From contig JBFWOZ010000034.1 of NCBI GenBank assembly GCA_050250255.1, forward strand, positions 1-30,820: a DNA stretch of 30,820 bases, written 5' to 3'. Below are positions 27,847 through 30,820 of the stretch, one piece after another. Numbering within the stretch: the first letter of the stretch is position 1; each line of letters opens with the position of its first letter. Both the position numbers and the translations under genes were made by a program. Origin of the DNA: Bdellovibrionales bacterium (GTDB lineage: Bacteria > Bdellovibrionota > Bdellovibrionia > Bdellovibrionales > DASUEL01). The notes under the pieces are model-generated. The model saw nothing but the letters and a program-made list of their open reading frames with translations. It was not told where the DNA came from and did no database searches.

Positions 27847-28639
27847 GGCCCGACAAAATAATCATAGCTGCGTTCTTGTCACTTTGATGGGAATTTCAGG
27901 TTCTGCCCCCCGCGAAAAGGGAGCGAAGATGCTTGTTTTGTCGGATGGTCGTATTCGCGGAACTATTGGGGGCGGGCAGCTTGAGCTCCAGATCATTGAT
28001 GAAGCCAAAAAATATCTCTCTCAAGGCAAATCCGAAACTCTTTATACCCAAGATTATCCGCTCAGCGTGAAAACGCAGCAATGTTGTGGAGGAGTCGTGC
28101 AAGCGCTTTTTGAAGTGTTTCACTCCCAAAAGTCTCTCTATATTTTTGGTGCAGGGCATGTGGGCCAGGCATTGAGTCGAGTTGTTTCGGAATTGCCGTT
28201 AGATGTGCATCTGATTGACGAAAGGCAGGAGTGGGTCTCCCAAGCTTCTTCATCCGTAAAAACCTATCAGCAAAAGCCCCTTGAATTTGTAACCCATCGG
28301 GAATGGAAAAATTCCGATTTCGTGGTGGTATTAACACATTCTCATGATTTAGATTTTGAGCTCATTCATTATTTCTGCGGCAAAAACATTCAGTATTTAG
28401 GTTTAATCGGTAGCGATACAAAATGGGCTCAGATGAGAAAAAAACTTCAGAGTCAGAAACACTCGCTAGAGAACATCGAAAAAATTCGTTGTCCGATCGG
28501 TCTTAAAATTGGTGGTAAAACCCCTGGTGAAGTAGCCATCAGCATTGCGGCTGAACTTCTACAAGAAACAGGAAAGGCAGCTCTTTATGAGAACACTCCT
28601 ACAGAACCAAACTCCACTCATTCTCCTGTGCGCTGGTAA
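27821..28639 (+). CDS. xdhC: Xanthine dehydrogenase accessory protein XdhC
   Basis: GSAPREKGAKMLV, GTIGGGQLE, QCCGG, FGAGHVG, THSHDLD, GLIGS, CPIG, KTPGEVAISIAAE. Confidence 0.93.
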   Translation: MDWLAGLHEARQNNHSCVLVTLMGISGSAPREKGAKMLVLSDGRIRGTIGGGQLELQIIDEAKKYLSQGKSETLYTQDYPLSVKTQQCCGGVVQALFEVFHSQKSLYIFGAGHVGQALSRVVSELPLDVHLIDERQEWVSQASSSVKTYQQKPLEFVTHREWKNSDFVVVLTHSHDLDFELIHYFCGKNIQYLGLIGSDTKWAQMRKKLQSQKHSLENIEKIRCPIGLKIGGKTPGEVAISIAAELLQETGKAALYENTPTEPNSTHSPVRW

Positions 28640-29222
28640 AAGCGAGCGTTTTGGTTCTCCTAAAGGCTTAGCACCTTTTGGCTCAGGAACTTGGCTCAAA
28701 CATCAGATCGAAAGCTTTCGGGAGTTTTCCGAAGCCTCAATATTTGTAACTTTAGGGGCCTATCATCGAGAGTACGACACCGAAATTCAAAACCTTCTTG
28801 AGACAAATAAAAGTTTGAAAATCTTTGGCGTAGAAAACCCGCATCATGAGTGGGGACCTTTTTCGAGCGTGTATGTGGCGGTTAGAGCCGTTCTCAACAA
28901 GAAGTATAAGCAGGGGTTCATCCTTCCCGTAGATGTGGCGCTGCCAAATTCGGAAGTTCTCTCCGTTCTTTTAGAAACTGACGAGAATAAAGATATCATC
29001 GTGCCTGCATATAAAGAAAAGGGCGGACACCCGGTGCTCCTGCGGCATAAGTTTCTGCAAAGAATTAGCGAAGCAGATCCAAAGACTGATCGCTTAGATC
29101 ACTTAATCCGTCAGTGGCCGAGCGAAGGTTATGAGAAAAAAGAGGTCTCGGATATTTTCGTGACGAGTGGTTTTAATACGATTGCGGAATATGAAGCTTT
29201 GAAGGACTTAATCAAAGCATAA
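28587..29222 (+). CDS. Molybdenum cofactor cytidylyltransferase-like nucleotidyltransferase (MocA family)
   Basis: LLCAGKSERFGSPKGL, LPVD, GGHPVLL; last gene of the XDH operon; start probably ATG 28587. Confidence 0.85.
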   Translation: MRTLLQNQTPLILLCAGKSERFGSPKGLAPFGSGTWLKHQIESFREFSEASIFVTLGAYHREYDTEIQNLLETNKSLKIFGVENPHHEWGPFSSVYVAVRAVLNKKYKQGFILPVDVALPNSEVLSVLLETDENKDIIVPAYKEKGGHPVLLRHKFLQRISEADPKTDRLDHLIRQWPSEGYEKKEVSDIFVTSGFNTIAEYEALKDLIKA

Positions 29223-29263
29223 AAATCAACATTCGATAGGATGCTAGCTTTGGAGTCATCCAT

Positions 29264-29383
29264 CCATGTCTGTGACTTTTGAAAGTTGGCTCTGCCGTAT
29301 CCCCTACGTTGGGGGACCCTCGGCAGTGAGCCAATCCCTTCGGGACAGGCTTTCAAAAGTTCTATGGCAAAATCGGTGCTTAA
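29264..29383 (+). repeat. Left copy of a ~120-bp structured inverted repeat flanking the HNH gene
   Basis: Aligns with the reverse complement of 30593-30713. 29283-29339 is identical to revcomp(30639-30695) over 57 bp. Confidence 0.93.
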
Positions 29384-29448
29384 ATTGTTAAATAAAAAAA
29401 TAAGTAGTCATTTTCTGCTAGTTTATAAACATCAAACACAGATTTAAG

Positions 29449-30312
29449 CTACAGAAGTGTTTGACTTTTTAAGTCCCACATTAATTTGTTATGGTTTGAA
29501 CAAAGAAGTCTGAGATTTCTTAACTCTGTCTTTCCCCCGAACGCTAACGGTTTGATATGATCAAATTGAAGATAGTGCTTACTTCCACAAACGCGCCCTG
29601 TCTGAGGGTTTTTATACTGGCAGACTTGATCACGATGAATAATCGTCGCTTTAATAGCTTTAGGAATATAACGAGCCGATGAAACCTTGAGAAGAGGTTC
29701 ACTCCGCTGCGGAGGCAGTGGCGCGTTATGCTTTTGCATGAGTACATTGAGTCCCATTTCAAAAATCTGCGCCATCGAAAGGTTTTGATGAGACAGCTTA
29801 GCTTGAAGTGTTTTTAACTTCTCTTGGCCTGACCTATTTAATGTAAATCGAACTTCCGTATGTTCTTCATCCAGCAGTCGCTGCTTTTCTTCGGGAATAG
29901 GCAAAGGAGCAAGAGCTAAAAGAACTCGCTCTGATTCTTGAGAACTTTTATTTTCTAATTGAGACAAAATCTCTCTTTTTGAATGCGTATCGAGTCTTTG
30001 CTGACGAAAATGAGATTGTGCTTTGCTAATGACGGAAAGATTCAAAACTCCGGATTGGATTTTCTCCTCCACTTCAGGAATTTCTTTAATGAGCCTCATA
30101 GCCGAAATCCTTCGATGTGCACTCGCTTCGGAATATCCAAGCTCTTTCGTACAAAAGGCATAAAGATTGGAGTAACCCATCTGCAAATGAAGCTTACGAC
30201 CTTCCACTTCTCGTAAATGGTGAAGCACAAGATTTAATATCCTTCTTTCCTCTAAAACAAATTGTTTTAAATCCTGAACGAGAATTTCGTTAGTTTTCAA
30301 TTTTAGTTTCAT
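29449..30312 (-). CDS. DUF222-like N-terminal domain / HNH endonuclease protein
   Basis: N-terminal EERR..LHHLREVE.RKLHL.MGYSNLYAFCTKELGYSEASAHRRI. C-terminal RYIP...RDQVCQY...CGS...QFDHIKP..FGG.....NLRLLCSNHN. AAGGAG RBS. Confidence 0.9.
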   Translation of the reverse strand: MKLKLKTNEILVQDLKQFVLEERRILNLVLHHLREVEGRKLHLQMGYSNLYAFCTKELGYSEASAHRRISAMRLIKEIPEVEEKIQSGVLNLSVISKAQSHFRQQRLDTHSKREILSQLENKSSQESERVLLALAPLPIPEEKQRLLDEEHTEVRFTLNRSGQEKLKTLQAKLSHQNLSMAQIFEMGLNVLMQKHNAPLPPQRSEPLLKVSSARYIPKAIKATIIHRDQVCQYKNPQTGRVCGSKHYLQFDHIKPLAFGGKTELRNLRLLCSNHNKLMWDLKSQTLL

Positions 30313-30592
30313 AAATCACTCCTTTGGCTGAATCAAAGATAACATGAGATTTTTTTGAATGAATTTTTAGAGTCTAACGAATGAAAACTAATCTCGCCTT
30401 AATGAAATTTAAAGCCCATTAGGCGAACGAAAAATTACATTTTGATTTTTTCAGAATTGAAACTCTACTACACTGATCAAACGAAAACTTAAGAGCAAGA
30501 AAAGTCGGTCAAGATCTTATTTGCGCCTTTTCAAATTATTTAAAAAAGTGAGACAAAAAATATTCTGCTTTACGCATAGAAGTTTGCAATAC

Positions 30593-30713
30593 TTAAAGTA
30601 CCGATCTCGCCATAGAACTTTTGAAAGCTCGTCCCGATAGGGATTGGCTCACTGCCGAGGGTCCCCCAACGTAGGGGATACGGCAGAGCCAACTTCAAAA
30701 GTCACAGACACGG
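30593..30713 (-). repeat. Right copy of the ~120-bp structured inverted repeat
   Basis: Reverse complement of 29264-29383 with a few substitutions and indels outside the 57-bp core. Confidence 0.93.
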
Positions 30714-30727
30714 TAAATTGAAGAAGT

Positions 30728-30792
30728 AGGGTCTCCAACGGTTGAATAATCTCGGATTAGGAGATTATTAATTGGACTCTGAAGGAGACCCT
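30728..30792 (+). promoter_or_regulatory. Structured leader pairing with the RBS of the downstream ORF
   Basis: AGGGTCTCC (30728-36) pairs with GGAGACCCT (30784-92). Inner stem AATAATCTC (30745-53)/GAGATTATT (30761-69). Confidence 0.55.
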
Positions 30793-30796
30793 TAAA

Positions 30797-30820
30797 ATGA
30801 AATACAAACATTATATCGCC
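30797..30820 (+). CDS. Start of a CDS truncated by the window end (MKYKHYIA...)
   Basis: ATG 30797 preceded by AAGGAG; only 8 codons visible. Confidence 0.55.

Larger units (their letters stand above)
29264..30713. mobile_element. Candidate ~1.45-kb IR-bounded HNH cassette
   Basis: Single HNH gene between long inverted repeats; AT-rich interior; outer ends read TGTCTGTGAC...GTCACAGACA. No transposase and no target-site duplication seen. Confidence 0.5.

Noticed and set aside
30573..30626. Partial direct repeat CATAGAAGTTTG / CATAGAACTTTTG beside the right IR
   Set aside because: Short, AT-rich and without a counterpart at the left end; may be chance.
29264..30713. Classical IS, IscB/HEARO or CRISPR interpretation of the HNH cassette
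   Set aside because: No DDE/HUH transposase, no RuvC or PLMP motifs, no target-site duplication, and the repeats are two inverted copies rather than a direct repeat-spacer array.
1..30820. tRNA, rRNA, CRISPR arrays and prophage genes
   Set aside because: None recognised; the intergenic regions are short and show no cloverleaf or repeat-spacer pattern.

Overview
Bacterial chromosomal window of about 25 genes. The gene content suggests Bdellovibrionota/Oligoflexia, which is an inference from a TIGR02147-like N-terminus, a DUF222-like HNH protein and many secreted proteins with sigma-54 promoters. In order it holds: a THUMP methyltransferase/MFS/M48 protease/DoxX run; a glutathione peroxidase; a large lipoprotein; yebC; PDZ and PTP-like secreted proteins; uppP plus a group II PLP decarboxylase converging on an aromatic amino acid hydroxylase; an FMN reductase, apaG, a C1 peptidase and an RlmI/K-like methyltransferase; a lipoprotein-DUF4105-DUF3015-alpha/beta hydrolase cluster; a metzincin and a JAMM-motif protein; and a five-gene xanthine dehydrogenase operon. 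Three non-coding signals stand out. (1) A DUF222-like/HNH gene is bracketed by ~120-bp inverted repeats with a 57-bp identical core, each copy folding into a three-way junction; this is a candidate transposase-less mobile or RNA-associated HNH system. (2) A family of four AAGGT...ACCTT palindromic elements sits at gene 3' ends, and one is translated as the C-terminus of DoxX. (3) A structured leader sequesters the RBS of the last, truncated ORF. All family assignments come from motif recognition only; no database searches were run.
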